From Chiloscyllium plagiosum (taxonomy: Eukaryota), in assembly GCF_004010195.1 (NCBI RefSeq), contig NC_057749.1, forward strand, positions 6,012,862-6,076,861: 64,000 nucleotides of DNA, read 5' to 3'. This document shows, one piece after another, positions 1-13,059 of the stretch. The position numbers and the translations under genes are program-made. Positions within the stretch are counted from its first letter, which is position 1. Each line of letters begins with the position of its first letter. The notes below the pieces were generated by a model. The model did no database searches, was not told where the DNA came from, and worked only from the letters and a program-made list of their open reading frames with translations.

Positions 1-272
1 AGGGGACACAACTTTAAAGTGAGGGGAGATAGGTATAAGACAGATATCAGAGGTAGTTTCTTTACTCAGAGAGTAGTAAGGGTATGGAATGCTTTGCCTG
101 CATCAATAGTAGATTCGCCAAGTTTAAGTGCATTTAAGTCATCATTGGACAGGCAAATGGACATACATGGAATAGTGTAGGTGGGATGGGCTTCAGATTA
201 GTATGATAGAGCGGCGCAACATCGAGGGCTGAAGGGCCTGTACTGCGCTGTAATGTTCTATGTTCTATGTTC
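1..272 (+). mobile_element. CR1/HER1-type LINE 3' end
   Basis: RT C-terminal motif (RGHNFKVRG...FFTQRVV..WN), 3' stem-loop gggctgaagggcctg and (GTTCTAT)n tail; same subfamily as 36860-37836 and 44690-45040. Confidence 0.8.
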
Positions 273-1007
273 TATAAGAGCGGGATGCTCTTCGAAAGGT
301 CAGTGTGGACTCAATGGGCTGAACGGCCTGCTTCCACACTATAGAGATTCTGTGAATTGTACACAGTACTCAAAATGTGGCCGTACCAATATCTTGTACA
401 GCAGTAACATGGCGTCACAACTCCTGTATTTAGTGCTCTGACTGATGAAAGTGAAATCTTATGGGGGCCTGAGCAACTGGGTATGGCAATATATATGGCA
501 GAATGTGATGAGAAGTCCGGCAAGGCTCATCGCCACAATAGGCCTGGTGCCATTGTTTATGCTTTAACCAAGTGGCGAAATGGGTTTCTTTCTGGGTGAT
601 GGCAAGTTGCTATTCAAAGGGGATTATTTCTTGTTTAATTGCCTTGTTGATGAACAAAATCTCCCCTTTAACATTCAGTCTTACCAAATGCTCCAAATAC
701 ATTAGATATTCTAGAAATATTCACATGGAGCAGGTAGCTATTGGTTTCAGCTTACCGCTGGAGGCTCTGGAAGAAAAGATCTTGCTCACAATAGGACAGC
801 ATCTCAGGGCACCATCCATATGAATCCCTTGTCCATTAATACTGGCATCTGGTATTTTCCAACCCCTCACAGACTTTGTGGCACCACTCCAATCCACTGG
901 GAACTGCTCAGGAAGCACACAGTTGCACTGCAGAGTAACTACTGGTGAAAGGCTGCTGCCGTGAGGACAGGGAGGGGCACCCAGCTCACATATCGAATCA
1001 TGCAAAC

Positions 1008-1272
1008 CCTACAGTGCAGAAAGAGCTCATTCAGCTCATTGAGTCTACACCGACCCTCCACAGAGCATCCTACCCAGATCCAGTCCCCACACCCTATCCC
1101 CGTAACCCCATATTTTCCACGGCCGATCCACCTAACCTGCACATTTTGGACTGTGGGAGGAAACTGGAGCCCATGTAGTCACGGGAATAACCTCCACATG
1201 GACAGTTGCCTGAGGCTGGAATGGAACCCGGTTTCCTTGTGCTATTAGACAGCAGTGCTAACCACTGAGCCA
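1008..1272 (-). mobile_element. HE1-type tRNA-derived V-SINE, degenerate
   Basis: Reverse complement of the GGCTCAGTGGTTAGCACTGCTG head and CCCACAGTCCAAA..GTGCAGGTTAGGTG core. Confidence 0.75.
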
Positions 1273-2979
1273 TCTCAATGCAATCGCAGCAGGAATTGGA
1301 CTAGGCTGCATCTCAGGGCTGCTCATTTGCTTTGTGGGTGCTCACTCATTGAGGGTCTACAAACATGCTCAAGCATCCCTGCCTTGGCCACCATTCCAGT
1401 TAATGTGTTGGTCGTCCCTCAAGCACAACTGTATTGACATGCTGTTTTGTGCAGACCCACAGATAGGCTATCAAGACCTGATGTAAGTGGGAAGTGAGGG
1501 CATTTCGATGTTCAGAACACTTAGATATCAGTTTCACACCTTGGGAATGTGCCAACCATTTGCACTCTGTTGGGGAGTCAAGGCAGTGGGTGAGGGGGAG
1601 GGAGGGACTGTAGCAAGCATTTCTGGAGATGAGATGGGGGACAAAGAAGAGTAAACTCAAGGTGTGTGGGAGTGGTTTGCAATACAAAATTGGGTTGGCC
1701 TCAGAGAAGGCATAGTGACACTGACCATCACCATGGCATCCATAAGGGTAGCATTGTGGAGCAGGATAACATCACTAAGGTGTAATTATGGGATTAGAGA
1801 AGAGAGATAGAGGCACAATTCAATATGGTGGATCTCTGCGCTGGGGGAATGGTGGATATGGGCCATTGGGGTATAGCAAGGATAAAAGTGGACATTGAGT
1901 CTCTTGGTAGAGAGTATGTACTTGGTGATTAGATGGAATCCAGTGCTGATGGTGTTCACCACAAGCTGTGTCCCCTTCCATCTTGTGTCATTGGTTAGAG
2001 GCGATATGCAACTGGAATGTGCCTGGTACAATGCCTAAGTTGGGTGATCTGTGTAGCTAAACAATAACATGCACATACTCTGAACCCAGTTCTCTTGAGA
2101 GACTTTAATGTAAGTAGCTATTAAGTATTCTGTAACAAACCTGGTCTGTTTATCAAGGCTGGGCCTTTGTTGTGGACATGCTCCTCACTTATTTAGTAAT
2201 TTAGACTAACTCCAATAAACAAAATTTGTGGCAATAAGTCAATGCAAAGCATCTCAGATATTAACAGTAGTCATGTCCACAAGATAAACCAACTCATTTT
2301 ATCAAGCAAACTTTTGGTTATTAAATTAAATTTTTTGGTGCCAAATTAGGCTTGCTAATCATTGCTGTGAGTTTCTGCATGTGCTTTGGGATGTCAAAAG
2401 TGCTATCTAAATGTATGTTGCCATTGTAGCCTGTACTGAATTCCATTTTCAAGCTGAGCTAGTTGTCATTGGTATTGATTGTGAATACTGTGAAATAGTC
2501 TGACAAACTACTGGAATTTTTTTGAAGCTATAACCGGTGGAATAGAGATGGGTGAACCAGTAGATGTTGTATATTGGGATTTTGATAAACTCTAACATAA
2601 GAGGTTAATGTGTAAAATTAAAGCACATGGCATTGGATGTAATATAGTGAGAGTCTGCAGTGAGAATTGTTGGAAGACAGGAAATAGGGTAGAAATAAAT
2701 GCATCTCTATCTGAATGGAAGATGCTGACAAATGGGCAAATATGTTTAAGAAGGCTTTTTTTTCTATAGGCTAAGGGTATTGAGAGGTGTGGAGAGAAGG
2801 GAAGTATGGTGTTGATGGAGGATCATGTTGAACAATGGGGTGAATGACTTACCATACTCCTATTTTCTAAGTTTCTATGTATGAATTATTCATTCTTGGG
2901 ATATGGGCATCGCTGGCAGTGTGTATCTTTATACCCCATCTATAGCTGACTGAGTAATTTGCAAATATACTTCAGAGAG

Positions 2980-3305
2980 TGACATGGTGATTCATTGGTT
3001 CGTACTGCTGCCTCATAACCCCAGCGTCACGTGTTCAATTCCACTCTTAGGCTACTGTCTGTGCGGAGTTTACACATTCTTTCCGTGTCTGCGTGGGTTT
3101 CCTTCAAGTGTTCTGGTGTCCTCCCACAGTCCAAAGATATGCAGATTAGGTGGGTTGGCTGTGCTAAGTCGCCCATAGTGTCCAGGGATGTGTTGGCTAG
3201 GTGGATTGGCCATGGGAAATGCAGGGTTCCAGGGATAGCATAGGAGGTGGGTCTGGGTAGGAGGGTCAGTATGGGCTGAATGGCCTGCTTCCACACTGTA
3301 GGGAC
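2980..3305 (+). mobile_element. HE1-type SINE
   Basis: tRNA-like head, V-domain-like core GCGTGGGTTTCC, CR1-derived tail. Confidence 0.8.
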
Positions 3306-4529
3306 TGAATGATCAGAGAGCAGTTAAGGGTTCATCACAATGGACCATTTTATTTTTGGCAGGATTATAAAAAACACACAGCCACCATTGCATTTCCATT
3401 TCTGCTGTACGTATTCTGTAGAAAATGAAATCTGTTGCAAATGCAGATGACTGGGTGCCTTCAATAAAAGACCAAAATTCAAAATTATTTCTTTGTCAGC
3501 TTTGCAGAGAGTGTACACACGTAGTATGTACCATTTGTCAATGTTCATCATATTACATTTTTATATTTAATCTCATTTACCTTGCTTAACCAGTATACAT
3601 AATCATCCCAGATTTAATTTGCCTGCTGAAAATCTATCATATAGGTGTCTGCACAAATACTGAAATTCTTTCAGTAAAGCTGCTATTTTACCAAACCATG
3701 CTTCTGTTCGGTCGTGTTTGATTGTAGAATTATGTGTTCGGAAATCAATGTTTGCTTCTCATGATTTTCTATGTTATGACTAAAAGATTCTGGAAAGAGC
3801 CAAGCCTTACGTATCTGTCTGTGTCACTGGTGAGTGGATTTTCGAGGTAGGAATATGTTGTAATGCCCTTCCCACATCTTCCGAGGCCAAAACTATAACA
3901 AACAGCAAAAGGAGCAGATCGTACAGCCCTCGGCCTTCTTCTTAAATTAATAGGATCATGTTTGACCCTTTAAATCAACTCCTCCTTCCTTACCTCCTGA
4001 CAATTGATTTTAGCCTTCAACATACTCAGTGCCAGTCTGAGGTAGAGTTTCAGAAGATTCAGTGCTGTTTGAGTGGAGAATATCCTCACTGCAGCCTGAA
4101 ATGACCATTCCATTATCCTGTGATTATACCCCCTAGTTCTCTCTCCAAGGAAAGCTATAACTTCTCCAGTCTAACTGGAAGGTATTAAATTGCAGCATTG
4201 TTAATAATGGCAGGTTTGGTACAGTCAGTAAAATAGTCAGTCAGTCAAATCTGATGCTGAAATTGCTCCCATGAAAAGGGGATAAAATAGAATAACTGCA
4301 AATGCACAAAATCAACAAGTACCTGCAAACCGTTATGGTTCATTTTAAGGATGCTAACTTTCTAAATCTATTAATTATAATTCAAATTATTATGATTTTC
4401 TTGTTCTATTAGGTAGATTCATGTTCTGCAGTTCCTTCAACCTCTTATTTAAAATTCATCGCAGATAATCGGCCAACTCTTCCGTTTACAACTCCTACAG
4501 TAACAGAGAAATGTAGGTATTTGCTAACT

Positions 4530-4630
4530 AACCTGTTCAGAAGACGTTATTACACACCTCTGGAGCAGTGGAACTTGAACCTATGATCTCCTGGCTCAGA
4601 TATAAATGCAACACACTGACCAGCAAAGAC
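4530..4630 (-). mobile_element. Short tRNA-headed SINE-like element (related copy at about 44180-44265)
   Basis: B-box-like GGTTCAAG followed by CTGCTCCAGAGGTGTGTAATAAC on the minus strand; second diverged copy in the window. Confidence 0.45.
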
Positions 4631-5337
4631 TGACAATCACGACAATGATAATGTCATAGAGTCATAGAGACGTACAGCACAGAAACAGACCCTTCGGTCC
4701 AACCCGTCCATGCTGACCAGATATCCCAACCCAATTTAGTCCCACCTGCTAGCACTAATTGCTCATAATCTTGTAAAATGAGGCAATGATTCCTGTTTTC
4801 TAATGTTGACCACTGATTTAGCATAGAGAGTATTGCTAATTTCTTTTAAAATCCCACTTCCAAAATTATCCTCAATGGCGTTTCAACTCTTCGGGCAGGC
4901 AGATGCTGTCGAGGCATTTTAGCTGTTAATCTGTCTTCACCAAATCTCTCGTTCACAAAAGCAAGCAAAAAGTTAAAAAAACTGTTCAGCTCAGGCAATC
5001 TATTTAATTTAGAGGTTTGTAGGATGATAAAAGGCAATAAGAGCTTTGTGGAATTAATTCTTCACATTGTACAAGATGGTGCGAAGCCAGATTGCGAAAT
5101 ATTTTCAAATGAAATTATTAGGAGCAGCTATCGGTCACTTCGTTCATCAAACCAGTTTGTAAACGTGTGGCTGATCTGGTGATCTTAACTCCACTTTCCT
5201 GTCTGTTCCTTGTAACTCTTTATGTCTTCACCAATCTCTCTGCTTCAGCCTTGAATTTAATCCTCCATCTTCCATTTCTAACTGGGGAAGAGGATTCTAT
5301 TGATTTCCGACCCTTCGTGAGAAGAAATTTCGCTTCA

Positions 5338-5990
5338 TAGAATCACAGAGCAGTACAGCGTGGAAACAAACCTTTCAGTCTATTTCGTCCATGCCAACCA
5401 GATATCCTAAATTAATCTAGTCCCATTTGCCAGCATTAGGCCCAAATCCCTCTGAACCCTTCCTATTCATGTGCCCATCTAGATGCCTTTTAAATGTTGC
5501 ATTTGTACCAGCATCCACCACTTCCTCTGGCAGCTCATTCCATACACGCACCGATGCCTGTGTCAAAACGTTGCCCCTTAGGTCCCTTTTAAATCTTTCC
5601 CCTCTCACCTTAAATCTATGCTCTTTTGTTCTGTGCTCCCCTATCCCGGGGAAAATAACTTGTCTATTCACCCTATCCATGCCCCTCATGATTTTATAAA
5701 CCTCTCTAAGGTCACCCTTCAGCCTCTGAAACTCCAGGAAAAATAGTCCCAGCCTATTCTGTATAGCTCAACCCCTCCAACCCTGGCAACATCCTTGTGA
5801 ATCTTTCCTGACCTCTTTCAAGTTTCACAACATCCTTCCCATAAGAAGGACACCAGAATTGCATACAAAAGTGACCTTACCAATGTCCTGTACATCTGCA
5901 TCTCCTACATTCAATGCACTGACCAATAAAGGCAAACGTACCAAATGCCTTTTTCACCATCCTATCTACCTGTGACTCCACTTTCAAGGA
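5338..5990 (-). mobile_element. CR1/HER1 LINE 3' fragment
   Basis: ORF 5417-5689 (MRGMDRVN..FKVRGERFKRDLRGN..VWNELPEEVV) is the CR1 ORF2 C-terminus. Confidence 0.88.
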
Positions 5991-6094
5991 ACCTCTTAGT
6001 TTGAAATTGTGGACAAATTGGACCTCTTAGTTTGAAATTGTCCACAAATTGTCCTCTTAGTCCACAAATGGCGGACCTCTTAGTTTGAAATTGT
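5991..6094. repeat. Local triplication of ACCTCTTAGTTTGAAATTGT with scrambled spacers
   Basis: Copies at 5991-6010, 6022-6041 and 6075-6094, plus a partial copy at 6053-6061. Confidence 0.85.
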
Positions 6095-6920
6095 GGCTCC
6101 TAGACTCCAAACCTCTGAAAAGGGGAAGCATTCTTTCAGGATCTTCCCTGTCAATCCTTCCCAAAGTCTTACATGTTTCTCTAAGATCATCAGCGATTCT
6201 TCTAAAGGTTTCGAGAGTTTTGAGAACTTCTTCCACGAGTTGGTGGTCTAGAGCTCGGGTGTGTAATCTGACAGTGAGGCTCAGACCACTCAGAAGAGAT
6301 TAGAAAGCACTTCTACACACAAATGGTAGTAGATGTTTGGAAGTTCCTTCCACAGTTGGTATTGAATGCAGGTTCAGTTGTTAATTTTTAATCTGAGATG
6401 GATAATTTTTTTTGGAAACAGTTATTAAGTGATATAGGCCCAGGGTACATGTATACAGTTAACGCCACAGATGAGCCATGATTTCATTAAATGCTGGAAC
6501 AGGCCCGAGGATCTGAATAGCCTTCTCCTGTCCTTATCATCCCATGGTCCTAACTGCAATGAGTATCGGTCCAACCTGTTCAACCTTTCCTCATAAAATA
6601 TTCACTTTATACCAATCAATCTCATGTTCGAAGACTGAGTGCAATTTGATTTTAGCATTGTGTTTTAATTAAGGACAAAAGTCTTCTCATTGTTAATTCC
6701 AGTGAAGAATAGTATTGAGGGATAGGTATATTATCTATATATTGAGATATAGATAATATGCAGAAATAAGTTGTTTCTTGTGCTTATTACTGCTCTAGTT
6801 ATTCCTAGCCATTTCAAACTAATCATAAAAGTAAATAAAGCCACTTCTTAAGCAAAAGATATTACTCTGGCATCACAGACAAAAAAGTTTTGAGACTCAA
6901 TAAAAAGACCTTTCATTTTG

Positions 6921-7010
6921 GGTTAAAAATCATACAACACCAGGTTATGGTCCAACAGGTTTAATTGGAAGCACTAGCTTTCGGAGCGATGCTCCTTCAT
7001 CAGGTGGTTG
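6921..7010 (-). mobile_element. Penelope-like terminal-repeat fragment (family A) with minimal hammerhead core
   Basis: Minus strand CAC-CTGATGA-A-GGAGC-ATC-GCTCC-GAAA-GCTA-GTG. Confidence 0.75.
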
Positions 7011-7649
7011 GGTCATTAAGAGGAATTGGAAAATGAATTTCGCTATCTTTCTTTCTGTTGTTTTGGTCTGGAGAAAAATCTACTCTTAAAGAGGCTGAAA
7101 AGTGCATTTAATATTTTTTAAACATCTCCAAATTGGGTAACGATCATGATTGTTGTCTCAGTTTTAAAAATGAACAAGAGACAAAGAAATGGCAAAGCTT
7201 AGAAATGAAGCTGAGACATGGGTTTATACACTGAATTGTAAGCTGTGTAAAACCATTTACAGAAACAAAAGTGTTAAATATAACAATCAGAATAAATAGA
7301 TTGCTACATTCTGTAATTTATTTTGTTTTTTTTCTGTATTTCCAGCAGCTTGTGGTGGATATAAAAATACTCCCTTTCCTCTTGTGTGCACTCCAGTGCA
7401 GTTATAAGATTCCTGGGGTTTTTTTATAGAATGTCAAAGCGTGTTTTCTGCCCTGACATTTACAAACACTAATCAAAAATTTCAGGAGCAGCAGGATTTA
7501 CCTTGATCAGTCACTCATTTAACAACCCACTGAAGTAAACATGTGCCTCACCACTTCAAAAACAAAATCAGTCCTGGACAACATGCTTGAATCGCATTTG
7601 GTATTTCTTTTTCAGGTAGCCCCACAACGCCAACATCTTGCCACAATTG

Positions 7650-8090
7650 GGCTGGCACGGTGGCTCAGTGGTTAGCACTGCTGCCTCACAGCACCAAGGA
7701 CCCGTGCTCTATTCTAGCCCCGGGTGATTGTCTGTGTGGAGTTTGCACATTTTCCAACATTCCCAACATTCATGGTGGCTCAGTGGTTAGCACTGCTGCC
7801 TCACAGCGCCAGAACCCGGGTTCAGATCCACCCTCGGGCAACTGTCTGTGTGCAGTTTGCACATTCTCTCCGTATCTGCGTGGGTTTCCTCCCACAGTCT
7901 AAAGATGTGCAGGTTAGGTGGGTTGGCCATGCTAAACTACGTATTCAGGAATATGTAGGTTAGATGTGTTAGCCATGGGTAATGCAGGGTTATAGGACAG
8001 GGGGATAGATCTGGGTGGGATGCTCTTCGGAGGGTTGGTGTGGACTTGTTGGGCCAAATGGCTTATTTTTGCACTGTGGGGATTCTATTA
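7650..8090 (+). mobile_element. HE1-type SINE preceded by a second, truncated SINE head
   Basis: GGTGGCTCAGTGGTTAGCACTGCTGCCTCACAGC at about 7659 and again at about 7774. Confidence 0.85.
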
Positions 8091-8144
8091 AAATAAATAA
8101 ATTGCAGTGTTTTGTATAATTTCTTGGCTCAGACACACAAAGAA

Positions 8145-8400
8145 AATGACTTGCATTTGTGTAGCACCTTTCACCATCCTGAAGAGCTTTAAAACCAATG
8201 GCATACTTTAGAAGTATGGCTGCTATTGTAATGTAGGAAATGTTCCAACCAGCTGGACACACCAGCCATTATGAAATAAATAACTGGATCACCTGTTCCC
8301 ATGATGTTGGTTGATGAATAAATATTGGCCATCACGTCAGGGCCAATATTTATTCATCCCCTTGCTCTTTTTACCAAATGGTGCCATGAAATCCTTCGAA
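8145..8400 (-). mobile_element. DeuSINE-like (SacSINE1/AmnSINE-related) 3' portion
   Basis: Minus strand GGCCAATATTTATTCATCAACCAACATC...TTTCCTACATTACAA...GTGAAAGGTGCTACACAAATGCAAGTC; related pieces at about 15165-15420, 20080-20250, 33240-33760 and 52425-52770. Confidence 0.6.
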
Positions 8401-8719
8401 ACAGCAAAGTTTTCCATGACAACAAAGGCCAAGTTCAACAATCAAGTGTGATCTCTGCTCTCCAAATGGTTGTGGAACTTGGAGCCTGAAGGAAGAAACT
8501 GGATGCCTTTGATAGCAGATGTCTTTGTGTGGTTTTAGGCAGACACTTGAGGGATTTTTTTTACTCAACTCTGAAGGTACAAATCGCTCAGAAGTGAGTC
8601 CAGTTTCAAACAGCATCTGCATTATACCATGCAGCTGGTTTGGTCAAGTCTGCGTTACCTTGACCAATGGCCTGTGCATCCTGTTCCCGCCAATGGGCCT
8701 CCTTCGTAGAAGAGGATAA

Positions 8720-9060
8720 TGTTATGGACCAAGCTAGACAGCCTCAAAATATTTCAAGAAAGTAGCCCAGACCCTAATGTTGCCAGCTGTTTTAAGCAGG
8801 TGTAAAGTAGATATTCCAGGAGAGATGCAGTTGATCAAACCACCTAGTTTTAAACAAAACAGAATTTATTTACAAGATCACCAAATGAAGTACAAACAAA
8901 AGAAACATAACACAGATAACTTGTCCTATCCGAAAACTCAACAGATTATTCCAGCTTAATGATGCTGTTCCCAATACTTGCAACATTCCCCATAGACACC
9001 CCTTGGAATAAAAGGAGAAATCAAACGCAGGGTCTTACAGAAGAGAAGTCAGAGAGAGAG
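8720..9060 (-). mobile_element. Partial solo LTR (same family as 44562-45851 and 49432-50053)
   Basis: Starts TGTTATGGACCA on the plus strand; minus-strand AATAAA; three related copies in the window. Confidence 0.6.
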
Positions 9061-9067
9061 TACCAGA

Positions 9068-9160
9068 ATTGAAAAGTGTGGTGCTGAAAAAGCACAGCAG
9101 GTAGGGTAGCATCAGAGGAGTAAGAGAATCAACGTTTCAGGCATTAGCCCTTCATCAGAT
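9068..9160 (-). mobile_element. Penelope-like terminal-repeat fragment (family B) with hammerhead core
   Basis: Minus strand CTGATGA-AGGGC-TAAT-GCCT-GAAA-CGTT at 9131-9158. Confidence 0.7.
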
Positions 9161-9444
9161 TTCCTAACTGTTCACCCATAATTCTAGACACCCTTGTCAA
9201 TCGAGAATCTGTCAAACTCAGCCTTGAATACATCCAATGACCCAGCCTCGACTGCTCTTTGGAAAAAACAATTTCACAGCAAATCGATCCTATGAGAGAA
9301 AATATTTCTCCTCTTTGAGTCTTGGATAGACACATGTAATCTTCAAACTATGTCCCCAACTTCTTGACACCCACAAAAAGCAAAGAGTCATCTTCCTGGC
9401 ATCTACCCCCTGTCAAATCCACTCAGCATCTTAATAAACACCGA

Positions 9445-9652
9445 AAGAACTGCAGAGGCTGGAAATCAGAATCAAAAACAAAAATTGCTGGAAAAGCTCA
9501 ACAGGTCTGGCAATATTTGTGGAAAGAAATCAAAGTTAATGTTTCAAGTCACAGAGTTCTTAGGCAGGGTCACTCAACCCAAAATGTTAACTCTGATTTC
9601 TTTCCACAAATGTTGCCAGACCTGCTGAGCTTTTTCAGAATTTTCTTTTTTT
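9445..9652. mobile_element. Inverted pair of a third Penelope-like terminal repeat (family C); related pieces at about 10605-10960, 34390-34470 and 51745-52340
   Basis: ctggaaaagctcaacaggtctggcaatatttgtggaaagaaatc and its reverse complement gatttctttccacaaatgttgccagacctgctgagcttttt. Confidence 0.6.
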
Positions 9653-12600
9653 TGCCACTCAGGATCCTAATTGTTACAGTTAGATCACCTCTCATTCTTC
9701 CAGACTCCAATGGGAACAAGCCTAAGCTGCTGAACCTTTCCTCATAAGTTAACCCACTCATCCCCGGAGTCAAATAACCCTTTTCAGAACTGTTTATAAC
9801 ACAACTTTCTGAAGTAACAGGGCCAAAATAGCACACAGTGCTTTAGATGCAGTCTAACTAAGACAAGTTAAGGTCAGTCTTAGTAATAGAGTGCTACTCA
9901 GCTTTACTTTAATGTCAGTCCAAACTCAAATTGTTGCATTTACACCCTGGTTGATCTAGTTAACTTAATCCCAATAACCACACGAGCATGATTTAACTCG
10001 TGTGAGGGTGGATCAGAACATTATGTAGAAATGAATGGTACAACATATAAAAGATAGTATGCTACTGGTCAGAAACTGGAATTAGGTGGCAGGAAGACAT
10101 TGTCATGAAACAGTGGGAACATTCCAGGCATTCCCTGCAAAGCCCTAAGGGTGATTGGGATGAGCAATGATGGTTCATGGTAGATTGTTATATGGAATCA
10201 AAAGTGGAGGAAAAATAGAGCTTAGTTTTCTGGTGTTCTTTTTAACAAGGTCAGAAAATCATTTGGAACAGCAAGTTAAGGTAAACAGCATGTTCCAAGA
10301 AAGCACGTGTAAAAATCAACAGCAAGGGAAATAATTGCTAGGATGCTTGTTAACCAGGGAGACATGGAGAGTCAAAGGGGCGCATTCAGACAGAAATAGG
10401 TTGATTCAGAGAGAAGAAGGTCTGCGAAAAGGCAGAGGCGCTGTTATTAGCAATCCAAGCAGTTAGGGCTGGTGGAAGGGTCCCAGAGTTTCTCCATAGA
10501 AAACTAGAAGCAGAAGGCTATGGAAGTGTCAGAGAAGAAGACATCCAACCAGACCCTTGCCTAGATGTCGTTATTCACATACTACTTTGTTAAGTAGTAT
10601 GTGAATAAAAGCAAAATACTATAAATGCTGGAAGTCTGAAATCAAAACAGAGAATACTGGAGAAACCCAGCAGGCCTGGCAGCATCTGTGGAGGGAGAGA
10701 TAGTTCTCCATATAACTACAGGAACAGGAAAAATTTGGGGGTATATGGGCCAAAAGCAGACAATTGGGACTAATTTAGTTTGGGAACATGGTCAGTTTGG
10801 ACTAGTTGGACTGAAGGGTCTGTTTCCGTGCTGTATAACTCTATAACTCTATTTTGAGTTTAATATAACTTCTTCAGAGCTCTGCAAATACCAACTTTGA
10901 TTCTCTCTCCATGGATCCCACCAAGGTTGCTGGGTTTTACCAGTTCCTTCTGTTTTAAAATAGAAATGAGTTGAGTTAGCAGGTTGATTAAGGGAAGAGA
11001 TACTAACTAAGAAAAATAACATGGAATGAATGCATTAATTTGCTGATATCAAGTTGATAAAAGAGGCTTTATTACGGAGAGAGAGAGAGAGCTGACTGTT
11101 CCCTGACAATTGTACCTCTGTAAGGTTGATTCTTTCTTACTGATATTTATATTGAGATAGTTCTTGTATAATGTGGCAGAGGTTGTGTTTTGCTTTTGCG
11201 ATAAACTTTAATATTCTTTTGTTAAAAGTAAACTGGTAGCTTCTTTTGACTATGTTTCAGTGGCTGACCTCCATGATAAGAAGAAACAATTGCTCTATAA
11301 AGCCAGGTTACACACTGGGATCAGAATGTCCATTATTACCATTAACCAATGTCACAGCATGTACAAATGGCAGCATGGGCCATTGAGGCTGTCATTTCAA
11401 CCCCTGCTAACTGCAGCATTAGCACAAAGCAAAGCTGACTTGGATTTATATTGCACTTACTGAGTTTATAGCAGCCTTGTGTCTTGTTAAATGATGGATT
11501 CTTGCTATACTGGTCAACTTCATATTAAACATCGGCTGATGTGGGTCAGGAATCCCATTCGGTCATGATAACCGTTTGCTGCAGAGTCAGAAGGGTGGCT
11601 GAGAAAGTGCAGGATGCAGTAGCCTCTGTTTTCTTGGGCCCTCTTCTCATTCAGCTAGTATCTTCCAAACAGACAGCCTCCAGAGGTCACAGCCCATCTC
11701 TAGCTGTCCGTGTCATTGTCTGCCATCTTGATATCTCACTTGCTGGTGTTCCTGTAGGAGAGATACAAATGTTGAGAAGAATGTGACCCATTAGTCATTT
11801 CACAGACTAGACAATTTATGGTAACAGGCCCTCATCCTTTTGATGAAAATAGAGTTATAGAGTAATACATCATGGAGAATGACCCTTCAGCTCAACCTGT
11901 CCATGCTGACCACGTTTCCTAAACTGAACTATTATTCTATGAGTCTCGTTCCATTTGCCTGCATTTGGTCCATGTTCTAAATCTTCAAACATCTTTTCAA
12001 TATTGTGATTGTATTCGTCACTTTCTCCAGCAGCTTGTGCCATATGCTCACCACCCTCCCTGTGACAATGACTAAGACTTGTAGGCTTAGCTGATCGGCA
12101 TGGATGAGTTAGACCAAAGGGTCTGTTTCCGTGCTGTACATCTCTATGACTCTATGACTCTAGCAACGTGTGATGGAATTCACACCCTCTAGAACCTCAG
12201 AGCTGCTAACTCAGTACTCCTAAGAGACACCAAGTACAGATTTGAGATGATGAAGATGGAAACAGTTCAGCCTTTTATCCTGACGAGCATGTGTTGTACA
12301 TGTCACACTGTTGGAGAGGAATGAGCTGAGGATGCAGGCTTGTAAGACTCGTAGTTTGGTATTCTCAGTCAAATTGCTATTTGTCTGTTCTATTTTACTC
12401 AGCTTGTCAATAACAGCTGTAGTATTTGTAATGCAGGTGTTGCTTTTAGCATCAAGGGACAGATTGCTCGTGATTGTAGGGACTCAATACATGAACTGCA
12501 CCTAGAAGCACAGATGCATGAAAATGCTACCATTAAGTTCCTCTTCATGCTCACACCATGGAAATATCTCGCCATTCCTTCACTAGGGTCAAAATCCTAG

Positions 12601-13059
12601 AATGCTCTTTTTCATAGCACTGTGGATGCACCTAGACAAAATAGAGAGGGAACCCTGTAGAATTCTCTGCCACGGAAATTGGTCAAGACCAAAATATTGA
12701 ATGTTTTCAAGAAAGAGCGAGATATAGTTCCTCGGACTAAAGGGAGACAAAGGACAGGGGAGAAGATAGTAATAGGTAACTGAGTTGGATGATCAGCCAT
12801 GATCATATTGAATAACACAACAGGCTCAAAGGGCTGAATGGCCTACTCCTGCTTCCATGTTTCCACGCTCCTGTGAAGGCACTGGAACCTGGAGCCTGGG
12901 AACAAGAGCTGACCCAGCCAGAGACACCCACATTTCATGAATGAATAATTTAAAATAAAAATCACATTACCACACTGCCATCTCTTATTGTTGACAATCC
13001 TGAACCATCACATTAGTCTTTCAGATACTTACTGTCAAGTATAAGAGAGTCTGTCTATT

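Noticed and set aside
2040..2200. Weak similarity to 55400-55510, possibly an old LTR family
   Set aside because: Too diverged to define boundaries or class by eye.
7660..7963. Recurrent ORFs such as MAQWLALLPHS..., MWKQA... and MLPDLLCFSS...
   Set aside because: These are translations of SINE and Penelope terminal-repeat sequence, repeated wherever those elements occur.
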